DNA of 50,006 nt from a candidate division WOR-3 bacterium (lineage in GTDB: Bacteria; Hydrothermota; Tepidihabitantia; SM23-42; CAYGYG01): the NCBI GenBank assembly GCA_965648915.1, contig CBFGIV010000013.1, positions 1 through 50,006 of the forward strand. The letters run 5' to 3'. The first letter of the stretch is position 1; each line of letters starts with the position of its first letter. This document shows, piece after piece, positions 41,824 to 50,006 of the stretch. The notes below the pieces were generated by a model, which saw nothing but the letters and a program-made list of their open reading frames with translations, did no database searches and had not been told where the DNA came from. The position numbers were made by a program, and so were the translations under genes.

Positions 41824-43313
41824 TTCTATCCACGGTCACCGCTGAAGTGGATGCGCCGGATAGTGCATTGAAGGTTATTATCAAGAACAGCGCAGTAGCA
41901 GATCCCCTAAAAAAACCCAGAACCTTATATAATGACATCTCGGCCGATAGTCTTGACATTTTAAAGAAACATTATGAATCAGGCTATTTTAAGGCACAGG
42001 TACATATCAGGAACTTAAAACAGGGGGTTGAATATCTGGTCGATCCCGGACCCCGAACCGTGATCCGGGATTTTGCATTTGTCGGTAATCGGGTATTTAC
42101 CGATGACTGGCTTAAAAGGGAACTGCCCTACAAGGTGCCTGACTATTTTTCTCGATCGCTTCTGGTTAGAAATATTAATCATCTGGTAGATATTTACAAC
42201 AATGCTGGTTTTCCCTTTGCCCGCATAAGCATTTCTGACTCAACTGCTGGTCCGGACACCAGTGTGATATTATATTTTATCGATGAAGGGCCACTTGTCG
42301 AGTTGGCTGATCTACTGGTTACGGGTAATAGAACAACAAAAGAGTTCGTCGTTAAAAAAAATTTTGGTTTGAAGAGGAATACCATTTTCAATCTTAAGAT
42401 GATCAGCCGACGGAAGAAAAGGCTACTCAAGACCGGTTTATTCAATAAGGTTGAAGAGTCGGTTGTAACAAAGGATGGTCAATATTATTTAAAAATTTCT
42501 GTGCAGGAACAGAAAAGGGACTATATTGAAGGATTCCTGGAGTATCAACCTGAACCGGTTGATTGGAATTTTGACCTGACCATCAATTTCTTTAATCTTC
42601 TGGGAACCGGCCGTGGGTTTTTTTTTAATTACGATTATCAGGGGCACGATTTCGGCCTTTCCTATTATGAACCCTGGTTGATCTTCCCTAATAATATCCG
42701 GACTGCATTAACCCAGGAGACCTATGAGACAGGCCGGAAGATCCGGGGAGAGATTAAGTTGATGCGTGAAGTCATTGAAGATATTGGTCTGACCATAGGC
42801 TGGGGGCTGGAAGATTTTCAGGGAGAAAAGATGCAGTTCCTGGGATTGGGCGCATACCTTGACTATGAGAATTTTTATGAGACCCTGCAGGTAGAATTTG
42901 GTTTCTCGAATACAACCTATCAGAAGACACGGTTGAGATTTGATGGTTTGGAAAAGGTCTGGTTTTTTCAGATTTCCAACCATTATGCCGGCATTTTTGC
43001 GGATAGTATCAAAGAGTACGACCTCTTCCGATGTGGCGGGGCGAGGACGGTCCGCGGTTACTGGGAAGATGAATTTCAGGCTCGGTCATTAGCCTGGATA
43101 AATTTAAATTTCAAGAAATTACCGATATACCCGTTTTTCGATTATCTTGTAGTCCTGGATAGGGGCTTATTTAAACCTCAGGGGTATTATTCTTATGGGG
43201 TCGGATTTGAAGCCCGCAGTGGACATTTCCATGCGGCCATTGACTTTGGCTTTCCTGGTCACAGAACCTGGCGCCAGGGTAAGGTCCATTTAAGAATCGA
43301 AAGGAGGTTTTAA
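41796..43313 (+). CDS. POTRA-domain Omp85 (BamA/TamA-like) protein
   Basis: POTRA motifs (GYFKAQV, FVGNRVF, GFPFA, TGLFNKV), NLLGTG and GGARTVRGY; terminal Phe. Confidence 0.85.
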   Translation: MASLSVFALILSTVTAEVDAPDSALKVIIKNSAVADPLKKPRTLYNDISADSLDILKKHYESGYFKAQVHIRNLKQGVEYLVDPGPRTVIRDFAFVGNRVFTDDWLKRELPYKVPDYFSRSLLVRNINHLVDIYNNAGFPFARISISDSTAGPDTSVILYFIDEGPLVELADLLVTGNRTTKEFVVKKNFGLKRNTIFNLKMISRRKKRLLKTGLFNKVEESVVTKDGQYYLKISVQEQKRDYIEGFLEYQPEPVDWNFDLTINFFNLLGTGRGFFFNYDYQGHDFGLSYYEPWLIFPNNIRTALTQETYETGRKIRGEIKLMREVIEDIGLTIGWGLEDFQGEKMQFLGLGAYLDYENFYETLQVEFGFSNTTYQKTRLRFDGLEKVWFFQISNHYAGIFADSIKEYDLFRCGGARTVRGYWEDEFQARSLAWINLNFKKLPIYPFFDYLVVLDRGLFKPQGYYSYGVGFEARSGHFHAAIDFGFPGHRTWRQGKVHLRIERRF

Positions 43314-44665
43314 TGTTTTTCATCTTATTTCTTCTTGCTCAGACTTTACCGATTGGTTCACCACTGAATACAGAACTTGAATATCTGGAAAGCAGAGGGC
43401 TTGTCGATCTGGCCGAACTCCGGCCTTACAATATTGAAGAGATCGGCCTTGAGTTATCAAACATCACGACTGCAGGAATGGAGTTATCACCTTATGGTCG
43501 GCATATTGTTGAAAAAATTAAACCCCTGGTGCGGGATGACTACAAAAGATTCTCTCTTTTTGGTTTTAATTCCTGTTACCAGAATGAGCCAGAAAACTAT
43601 CGGGTGAGCACAAGGCTGCTCTTTTCCGGGCAGATTGTTGAGCATCTGAGATATTCTAACCGCTATTATATTCAATATGCTAAAGTCATCGAAGATACCA
43701 TCCCCCATCCCTGGAAGAATTTTCAGTTTTTCATTGAAGATGCCCTGTTTCAGTATAATTATCGTAATATAAGGCTTGAGATCGGTCGGAAAGAATTATT
43801 GTTTGGCCCGGGACAGACCGGTGGTCTGCTCCTTTCCCATTATCCCGGTTCTTATGATGGGGTGCTGTTGAAGATCAATACCGGCCCATTGTATTTTACG
43901 ACAACTTTTTTCTTTCTCGGCTCCAACCGATATCTCAGTCTCCACCGTTTTGACCTCACTCGGGGTCGTTCCGCACTCGGTTTTGCTGAACTGATTCTAT
44001 ACGGCGGGAGATTTGAAGCCCAGTATTTAAATCCGCTTATCCCTTATTATGTATCTCAATGGTCGACAAATCGAGATGATAATATAATGTGGGCATTCGA
44101 TGGCAAATTTTTTATCGGACAATTGAAAGCCTATGGTGAGTTGTTGATCGATGACTATCGCTACGACACAGTTCCGCCTGCCCCAAACAAACTCGGTTAT
44201 CTTTTCGGGCTGCAATCTTTTTATCTCGAGGGTTTGATTGTTAATGCGGAATATGTGCGCATTGATAAATGGGTCTATACCCAGCGACGGCCAACAAATA
44301 CCTATATCAAGGACAATAAATGTATTGGACACTGGATCGGACCAGATGGTGATCTGATTCGCCTATCATTAAATTATCGAACCCGTTATGGTTTAAACTT
44401 TGAAGTGATCCCTTCATTAAGACGGAAAGGAATTGGTAAGATCGAGATCCCCTTTGAAGTTGAAGACGGTAGCCCAAAACCAAAGTTCCCGTCTGGGACT
44501 GTCGAGACGAGCAAAGAGATTCTTCTGGGTTTGGAATATTTGCCCAGCCTTTCTCTGCGAGTGAAAGTAAACCTGAGTCGAATCTGGGTTGAGAATGAAG
44601 GTAATATAAAAGATCGTAATGTTAATAAGAATGTAATCAAGATTCTAACCCAAGTCGGGATTTAA
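43313..44665 (+). CDS. Capsule assembly Wzi-like outer-membrane protein
   Basis: Signal peptide, GRKELLFGPG, YGELLIDD and GHWIGPD motifs. Confidence 0.7.
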   Translation: MFFILFLLAQTLPIGSPLNTELEYLESRGLVDLAELRPYNIEEIGLELSNITTAGMELSPYGRHIVEKIKPLVRDDYKRFSLFGFNSCYQNEPENYRVSTRLLFSGQIVEHLRYSNRYYIQYAKVIEDTIPHPWKNFQFFIEDALFQYNYRNIRLEIGRKELLFGPGQTGGLLLSHYPGSYDGVLLKINTGPLYFTTTFFFLGSNRYLSLHRFDLTRGRSALGFAELILYGGRFEAQYLNPLIPYYVSQWSTNRDDNIMWAFDGKFFIGQLKAYGELLIDDYRYDTVPPAPNKLGYLFGLQSFYLEGLIVNAEYVRIDKWVYTQRRPTNTYIKDNKCIGHWIGPDGDLIRLSLNYRTRYGLNFEVIPSLRRKGIGKIEIPFEVEDGSPKPKFPSGTVETSKEILLGLEYLPSLSLRVKVNLSRIWVENEGNIKDRNVNKNVIKILTQVGI

Positions 44666-44674
44666 GAAATTGAT

Positions 44675-45496
44675 ATGGGTGTAGTTGCCTTTGTTGAGAT
44701 ATTGAGGCCAATTAATATTTTGATTGCTTTTATCTCCGTTCTGGTTGGCGGCTGGGTTGGGCAGGCGATTACATTCAATCTATCACTCATCATCGCCGGT
44801 CTGGTTGTAGGTCTATCGATGGGTTTTGGCAATATTATGAATGACTATTTCGACATCGAGTCCGATCTTATCAATCATCCCGGTCGGCCCATTGCTTCGG
44901 GCCGGATTAATCAAAAAGTTGCTCTCGGCTACGCCTTACTACTTGCGGTACTGGCTCTGATTCTTTCCATCAAACTGGGTTTTACTCTTTTTATCATTAC
45001 GCTTGCGGCCAATATAATCCTATTTTTTTATTCTTTCAGATTGAAGATGAGTATATTCGCTAATGGAACAGTGGCTCTCCTCTGCTCCCTTGCTTTTATC
45101 TATGGCGGCCTGGTAACCGAAAATCTGTATGCACTCTTCCCTGCGCTATTTGCCTTTTTGTTTCATTATGCCCGGGAGATAGTAAAAGATGTGCTTGATA
45201 TGAAAGGTGATCGTTTGAAAAAAAATTATTCATTGCCGCTTCTCATCGGTCCAGCCAATGCCCTGAAATTTGCATCTGGTTCAATGATAATTCTAATGCT
45301 ATCTCTGCCCCTGCCTGTATTATTCGGTGCCTTTCGTCTGCGTTACCTAATCGGCGCGTTTTTCACTCTGATTCCCCTTTCGGTTTTCATAATCGTCAAT
45401 CTCTTTCGTAATCCTGAGATCAAGTCTTTGAAAATAATATCTACCTTATTAAAGGCTGGTATGGTTATCGGATTGGGGTTGTTATGTCTCGTCTGA
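44675..45496 (+). CDS. UbiA-family prenyltransferase, DGGGP-synthase-like
   Basis: LRPIN, NDYFDIESDLINHPGRPIASG and REIVKDVLDMKGD motifs. Confidence 0.85.
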   Translation: MGVVAFVEILRPINILIAFISVLVGGWVGQAITFNLSLIIAGLVVGLSMGFGNIMNDYFDIESDLINHPGRPIASGRINQKVALGYALLLAVLALILSIKLGFTLFIITLAANIILFFYSFRLKMSIFANGTVALLCSLAFIYGGLVTENLYALFPALFAFLFHYAREIVKDVLDMKGDRLKKNYSLPLLIGPANALKFASGSMIILMLSLPLPVLFGAFRLRYLIGAFFTLIPLSVFIIVNLFRNPEIKSLKIISTLLKAGMVIGLGLLCLV

Positions 45497-46293
45497 TTGA
45501 AACAATCATCCTCGCTGTTGTTCAGGGGCTCTCTGAATTTCTGCCGATTTCAAGTTCAGGCCACCTTGCCCTGTTAGGTCATATCTTCCGAATCCGGGAG
45601 ATTTTCGACCTTGCCATCTTCTTACATTTTGGCACCCTGCTGGCAGTAATAGTTCTATTCAGGAGGGAAGTATATTTTATACTGAGGGGTATTGTCCGGG
45701 GACGGATTATCATTGATAAGCATTCGAAAATAACTGATAAATATCTAAGACTATTCCTTTTAATCCTGTTAGGTTCGATTCCGGCCGGTTTGGCAGGCTT
45801 CTTTCTGAAAGATAAAGTTGAAGAAGCATTCTCCAGTATGACTGCCCTCGGTATATTCTGGATTATTACCGCCTTCATCTTTTTTATAACGAAATTTACC
45901 AGGAATTATGCAAAGCCGATAAACTGGTGGCGTTCACTGATCATCGGACTATTCCAGGCGCTGGCGATATTTCCGGGTCTATCCCGTTCCGGTTTAACCA
46001 TTGCCGGAGCCCTCTATTTAGGCCTCGACCCGGCCGATGTCTTTGAATTCTCTTTTCTTCTCGCAATTCCGGCAATGATCGGGGCAAATATCTATGATTT
46101 AAAGAACCTTACAGTCACTTCTGATATAGGTTCAATTCTGATTGGTATAATTATCAGTTTTATCATCGGCCTTATCGCCCTTATTCTTTTAAAGAGGCTC
46201 TTGATCAAAAAAATCTTCTATCTCTTCTCTATCTACTGCCTCTTTTTGGGAATTATTACTTTATTAATATTTAATAATGGAAGTTTAAAATAG
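45484..46293 (+). CDS. uppP: Undecaprenyl-diphosphatase
   Basis: VQGLSEFLPISSSGH, PGLSRSG and FSFLLAIP motifs. Confidence 0.95.
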   Translation: MSRLIETIILAVVQGLSEFLPISSSGHLALLGHIFRIREIFDLAIFLHFGTLLAVIVLFRREVYFILRGIVRGRIIIDKHSKITDKYLRLFLLILLGSIPAGLAGFFLKDKVEEAFSSMTALGIFWIITAFIFFITKFTRNYAKPINWWRSLIIGLFQALAIFPGLSRSGLTIAGALYLGLDPADVFEFSFLLAIPAMIGANIYDLKNLTVTSDIGSILIGIIISFIIGLIALILLKRLLIKKIFYLFSIYCLFLGIITLLIFNNGSLK

Positions 46294-46294
46294 A

Positions 46295-47986
46295 TTAAAT
46301 TGGTAATGCAATCTTGGGAAAGAGGCTATCCTGGGCCTCGATATCCTTAAAGAATGCCCATTCAGCCGATTCGATATTCTCTCCCTTTAATAATTTATTT
46401 GCTATATTAGCAATCCTTTTAAAATTTGTCTGGTGGCGGACAAAGCGCATCTCGGCATAGTCCCGGGCACTGAAGGTGGAGATTAAGAACTGCCAGTCTG
46501 AACTCTGCAAGAGGAGAAGTTCCCGGCCAAGTTGTTTTATTACTGCATTAAGTTCTTCACTATCCTTTGACCGCGCCTTTTCGAGGATTGAATAGAACTC
46601 ATCCTCGGCTTCGTAGATATGTGTCCAGGTCCATTTGGTCCAATCATTCAACCAGATATAATGGAATCCGCCTTCGCCCCAGGATCCTTCAGGTAGAGAG
46701 ATAACCCTGGTTGGTGCTTCTCTATTTAAATACTCACGACCGGTAGTAAGACCGATAATCTTTTCATCGCCGATCATCTTCAGGACATAATAGAGCCAGC
46801 GCGGGCCTTCATACCACCAGTGGCCAAAAAGTTCGGCATCATAGGGGGCACAGAGGACACCCGGTTTTTTCTTTTTCTTAAAATTATCCGTGAGGATTGT
46901 CGTGACCAGGCCGACAAAATGCCGGGCATGCTCTTTGACCCGCTCTTCAATTACATCCGGATTATAGACCTCTTTCTGGGATAGATCCATCTTGGGATTG
47001 GTCACCCGCCAGTAACGAAGTCCACCGGGGAAACGCTTCTTATGGAAGTCGAGATAACTTGCTTCACCCGGATAGCCCCATTCGCCACTCCAGACCTGCA
47101 GGCCGGTCTTTGGGTCCCGGGTAAAGACCGCCACCGGCTTCTTTTGAGGATTGGAGGCAACAAGATAGACTTCATAAGGTGTTTTCTTAAAAGACTCCTT
47201 GACCTCGACAAACTCTTTTTCAAATTGATCCCAGAGTTTCTTCAGGGCATCGAAACGGGCAATATAGACGCCGATTGCCCGGCCACCTTTGAGCATATGG
47301 TTGTCAGTAATAAAATAGTCGATTCCGTTATCGGTCAAAAATTCATCAATACCCTTGCGTGGTTCTGATTGATATTTACCGACAGGTGGCAGCCAGTTAT
47401 ACGCAGGCCGATAGGCACATTCGGGCAACCAGATACCATTTGGTTGACGATCAAAGATCCTTTTGTAACTCTCAACCCCCTGGGCAATCTGAAACTGGAC
47501 GGATCGATCATCTTTAAGCAGAGGCAGGTAACCGTGGGTAGCGGCTGAGGTAATGATTTCGATAAAACCGGTCTCCTGGAGAATCTTGAAGCCGTTTAAG
47601 ATATTCCCCTTGTAGCGATTGACAAAGTCGTCCCGAACCTGGATATAGAAGTTGATCCATTGTTCAGCCAGAGCGGCAAAATTGTGATCGCCATAACGGG
47701 TAAATTCAAAACGGTCATTCTTTGCTGCTTCGATCTTGAACTGGAGATAGGTTAGAAACTCCTTCTTGAATGACTCGGCGCCCAGTTGTTCGGCAAGGAC
47801 CGGGGTTATGCCGATGGTGAGATGGGGGTGATAACCTTCATTGACGAGGCGAAAGAGATAGGAGAGAAGAGGGATGTAAGTCTCGGCTGTGGCTTCGTTT
47901 AACCAGTCAGTTCCATGGGGCCACCTTCCATGCCCTAAGACATAAGGGATATGGGAGTGGAGGACGAGCATCAGATAGCCCTTCAT
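46295..47986 (-). CDS. GH57 1,4-alpha-glucan branching enzyme (DUF1957 C-terminus)
   Basis: HSHIPY, THGYLP, WLPEC (nucleophile), YDAELFGHWW (acid/base) and LQSSDWQF motifs. Confidence 0.92.
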   Translation of the reverse strand: MKGYLMLVLHSHIPYVLGHGRWPHGTDWLNEATAETYIPLLSYLFRLVNEGYHPHLTIGITPVLAEQLGAESFKKEFLTYLQFKIEAAKNDRFEFTRYGDHNFAALAEQWINFYIQVRDDFVNRYKGNILNGFKILQETGFIEIITSAATHGYLPLLKDDRSVQFQIAQGVESYKRIFDRQPNGIWLPECAYRPAYNWLPPVGKYQSEPRKGIDEFLTDNGIDYFITDNHMLKGGRAIGVYIARFDALKKLWDQFEKEFVEVKESFKKTPYEVYLVASNPQKKPVAVFTRDPKTGLQVWSGEWGYPGEASYLDFHKKRFPGGLRYWRVTNPKMDLSQKEVYNPDVIEERVKEHARHFVGLVTTILTDNFKKKKKPGVLCAPYDAELFGHWWYEGPRWLYYVLKMIGDEKIIGLTTGREYLNREAPTRVISLPEGSWGEGGFHYIWLNDWTKWTWTHIYEAEDEFYSILEKARSKDSEELNAVIKQLGRELLLLQSSDWQFLISTFSARDYAEMRFVRHQTNFKRIANIANKLLKGENIESAEWAFFKDIEAQDSLFPKIALPI

Positions 47987-48079
47987 AGAAGGATTTATTA
48001 TACAAAAAAATGCTCAAAAGTCAAGGAGGTTAGAAATTTGTTACCGTTAGTTGTTTTTAATGTCCTGATTCGACTAAAA

Positions 48080-49804
48080 CTACCTTATCAGAGCTACCTT
48101 CTGTTTTATTATCCCTGTACCGGTCTTTATTTCAACAAAATATATCCCACCAGGTAGTTTACTGCCTGAGTTGTCTGTTCCATCCCAGACTAAGGAATAG
48201 GTATGGGGTAATAGGTCAGGATTAAGAGACCTTACCATACGGCCGAATATATCATAAATCTTTAATTCACGAATACCGGCTTCTGAGATGTTTAGTCTTA
48301 TGTTTGTAGAGTTTACAAAAGGATTGGGGAAAATATCAAGATCGGCGATCTGTGGTTTTTTTTCGGTTCCTTCTTCGATAATATCCCGCCACCAAATCAA
48401 TGCTTTCTCATAATAGACCGCATTGCCCAGAAAATAGATCGCCTGTCCGTATCCCTGTTCTCCACTTGCAGGGTCCCGGCCTGGTGTATGGGCAAATTCA
48501 GTGGGATCAAGATATGCACCAACATCGAATAGTTTACCACTAAAGCGCCAGGTCTGACCCTGGTCATTGCTGATCCAGGCCCTTGGACCGGCTCTCTCAC
48601 CACCCGGCCTTCGATAACCACAGACCCAGACACAGTTGTTTAAGTTATTGCGGTTAAAATCTTTACCAGTTATTATACTGACATAGGTAAATATTGAATC
48701 TGAGCCTGGAGGGGTCTGACCAACAACAAGGGTATTGGTCCAGGTCCTGTTACCAACTGGACCGGTCCCTTTCCAGACCTCAAGCCGCTCGGCATGGGTT
48801 CCAGGAATTGCTGGTGTCAGGGCAACGATTGGATTGTTATTTACAACTTCACAGTCATAGTCATACCACCAGGATGAGTATCGGGGATAAGGAAGTGACT
48901 CCAGGATACACTTTCCATGCCGGGGAATCCAGGTTGCACCATTGTCAGTCGATTCAATGTAGAAAGGAAGAAGGAGAGTATCTGAACCGATTACCGAGTC
49001 TCTCTGGAAATAAGCAAAGACATAACCACCTGTGCCAAAACGAATATGGGGGCTATCATGGGTTCCGACTGTTGCACTGCCCGGGACAAGCAATATCGGA
49101 TCAGACCAGTTATAACCACCATCAGTCGATCGCCAGACATAGAGGTCTTTTGAACCACCGGCACCAAAGTCAAAGTCACCACCCGAGATAATGATATAGT
49201 TTGGATTATCCGGGCGGACTGCAACACAGGCAAGCCAGATACTATATTCAGGAACACCTGAACGGGGCATTATTTTTCTCAGAAATGAACCGTTCGGAAA
49301 TGTCGCCTCATCAAAGGCACAACCGACCGGGCAGGAATCGACATAGGTAAGATTACGATAATACGCCTCGTGCCAGGTAGCATAGATTACTTCATTATTG
49401 GTCCAGGGTCCAGCACTGGCCCGGGCATCGATACCACCATAAAGTCTCCGGTATTTGATATAATGGAATGAGAATGGACCGAATAATCTCCAGGCCGAAC
49501 CGCCATTGGTCGTATAACCGATCTTGGCCTGGAAGATATTATTAGGGTCACCAGAGGTAAAGCCGTAGAGGACCGCTACATTCAAACCGGTCGTGTCGGC
49601 ACAGATATTCTTTCCAGCCGAGCCACTGATAGTCCGGCTATCTGGGGCCGCATCAATACGAACCGCATTAGGGCTTGGTGGATAATGGAGAGTCTGGTCA
49701 GCACTTAAATCTATCGGCCCGTATGTAAGTCTGGGCATTACCTTTGTATCATAGGCATAGATCCCTACAAAAGATATGATTAAGAATATTTTTACTCCTT
49801 TTAT
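48080..49804 (-). CDS. Secreted Asp-box protein with FlgD/T9SS-like tail; start is ATA at 49804 or a mutated ATG (ORF track starts at 49738)
   Basis: STDGGYNW, STDNGATW and SNDQGQTW boxes; FPNPF...WDGTD...GIYF tail. A signal peptide is encoded in frame upstream of the first ATG, directly after an AAGGAGG SD. Confidence 0.82.
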   Translation of the reverse strand: MKGVKIFLIISFVGIYAYDTKVMPRLTYGPIDLSADQTLHYPPSPNAVRIDAAPDSRTISGSAGKNICADTTGLNVAVLYGFTSGDPNNIFQAKIGYTTNGGSAWRLFGPFSFHYIKYRRLYGGIDARASAGPWTNNEVIYATWHEAYYRNLTYVDSCPVGCAFDEATFPNGSFLRKIMPRSGVPEYSIWLACVAVRPDNPNYIIISGGDFDFGAGGSKDLYVWRSTDGGYNWSDPILLVPGSATVGTHDSPHIRFGTGGYVFAYFQRDSVIGSDTLLLPFYIESTDNGATWIPRHGKCILESLPYPRYSSWWYDYDCEVVNNNPIVALTPAIPGTHAERLEVWKGTGPVGNRTWTNTLVVGQTPPGSDSIFTYVSIITGKDFNRNNLNNCVWVCGYRRPGGERAGPRAWISNDQGQTWRFSGKLFDVGAYLDPTEFAHTPGRDPASGEQGYGQAIYFLGNAVYYEKALIWWRDIIEEGTEKKPQIADLDIFPNPFVNSTNIRLNISEAGIRELKIYDIFGRMVRSLNPDLLPHTYSLVWDGTDNSGSKLPGGIYFVEIKTGTGIIKQKVALIR

Positions 49805-49865
49805 AAATCCTCCTTATAAATACAAGATTGTGTTCCGTATCCGGAAAATCTACAATACTCACTTA

Positions 49866-49943
49866 ATTATAATCATTTAGGCTACCCTGTCAAGAATAAA
49901 ATGAAAAATGGCTCTTGGATATCATTTTGTTTCTCTTTATAAT
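49866..49943. promoter_or_regulatory. Divergent sigma70 promoters
   Basis: Minus strand: TTGACA(49893)-N16-TATAAT. Plus strand: TTGGAT(49915)-N17-TATAAT. Confidence 0.6.
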
Positions 49944-49959
49944 TGGTAAAGGAGGCTTT

Positions 49960-50006
49960 ATGCCAGAAAGTGTTGAATATTATTATCTTGGTCTTGATGT
50001 GCACAA
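49960..50006 (+). mobile_element. 5' end of a probable IS110-family recombinase/transposase, truncated by the window edge
   Basis: AAGGAGG SD, then MPESVEYYYLGLDVH(K/N). GxDVHK is the typical first strand of the IS110 DEDD domain. Only 15 full codons are visible. Confidence 0.55.

Overview
A gene-dense chromosomal window, mostly core genes, from an anaerobic diderm bacterium. T9SS/FlgD-type C-terminal domains, PorV, BamA-like and Wzi-like genes, plus many archaeal-type enzymes, suggest an FCB-associated candidate lineage such as WOR-3; this assignment is inference only. From left to right: parA-parB-M42 peptidase-thi4; valS-hutH; GTP-dependent PEPCK; an mvhG-mvhA [NiFe]-hydrogenase pair followed by a GcvH/lipoyl-carrier-like gene, larA and a GlcD-GlcF(CCG) fusion oxidoreductase; class II RNR (nrdJ); secreted beta-propeller proteins and a PorV-OmpA fusion; a small glycosylation block; spoIID-like and Mut7-C genes; selA-selB; tRNA-Ala(GGC); an envelope cluster (HNH, BamA/TamA-like, Wzi-like, DGGGP-synthase-like UbiA, uppP); a GH57 branching enzyme; and the first codons of a probable IS110-family recombinase at the right edge. 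Most notable: (1) the hydrogenase/lipoyl-carrier/lactate racemase/CCG-dehydrogenase cluster; (2) three single-base anomalies: an ACG start for parB, an in-frame TAG at a conserved Trp of a 1212-codon surface protein, and an ATA start for another secreted protein; (3) recurrent TTGACW-N16-TAnnnT promoters, several positioned for leaderless translation. I saw no CRISPR array, rRNA or complete mobile element.
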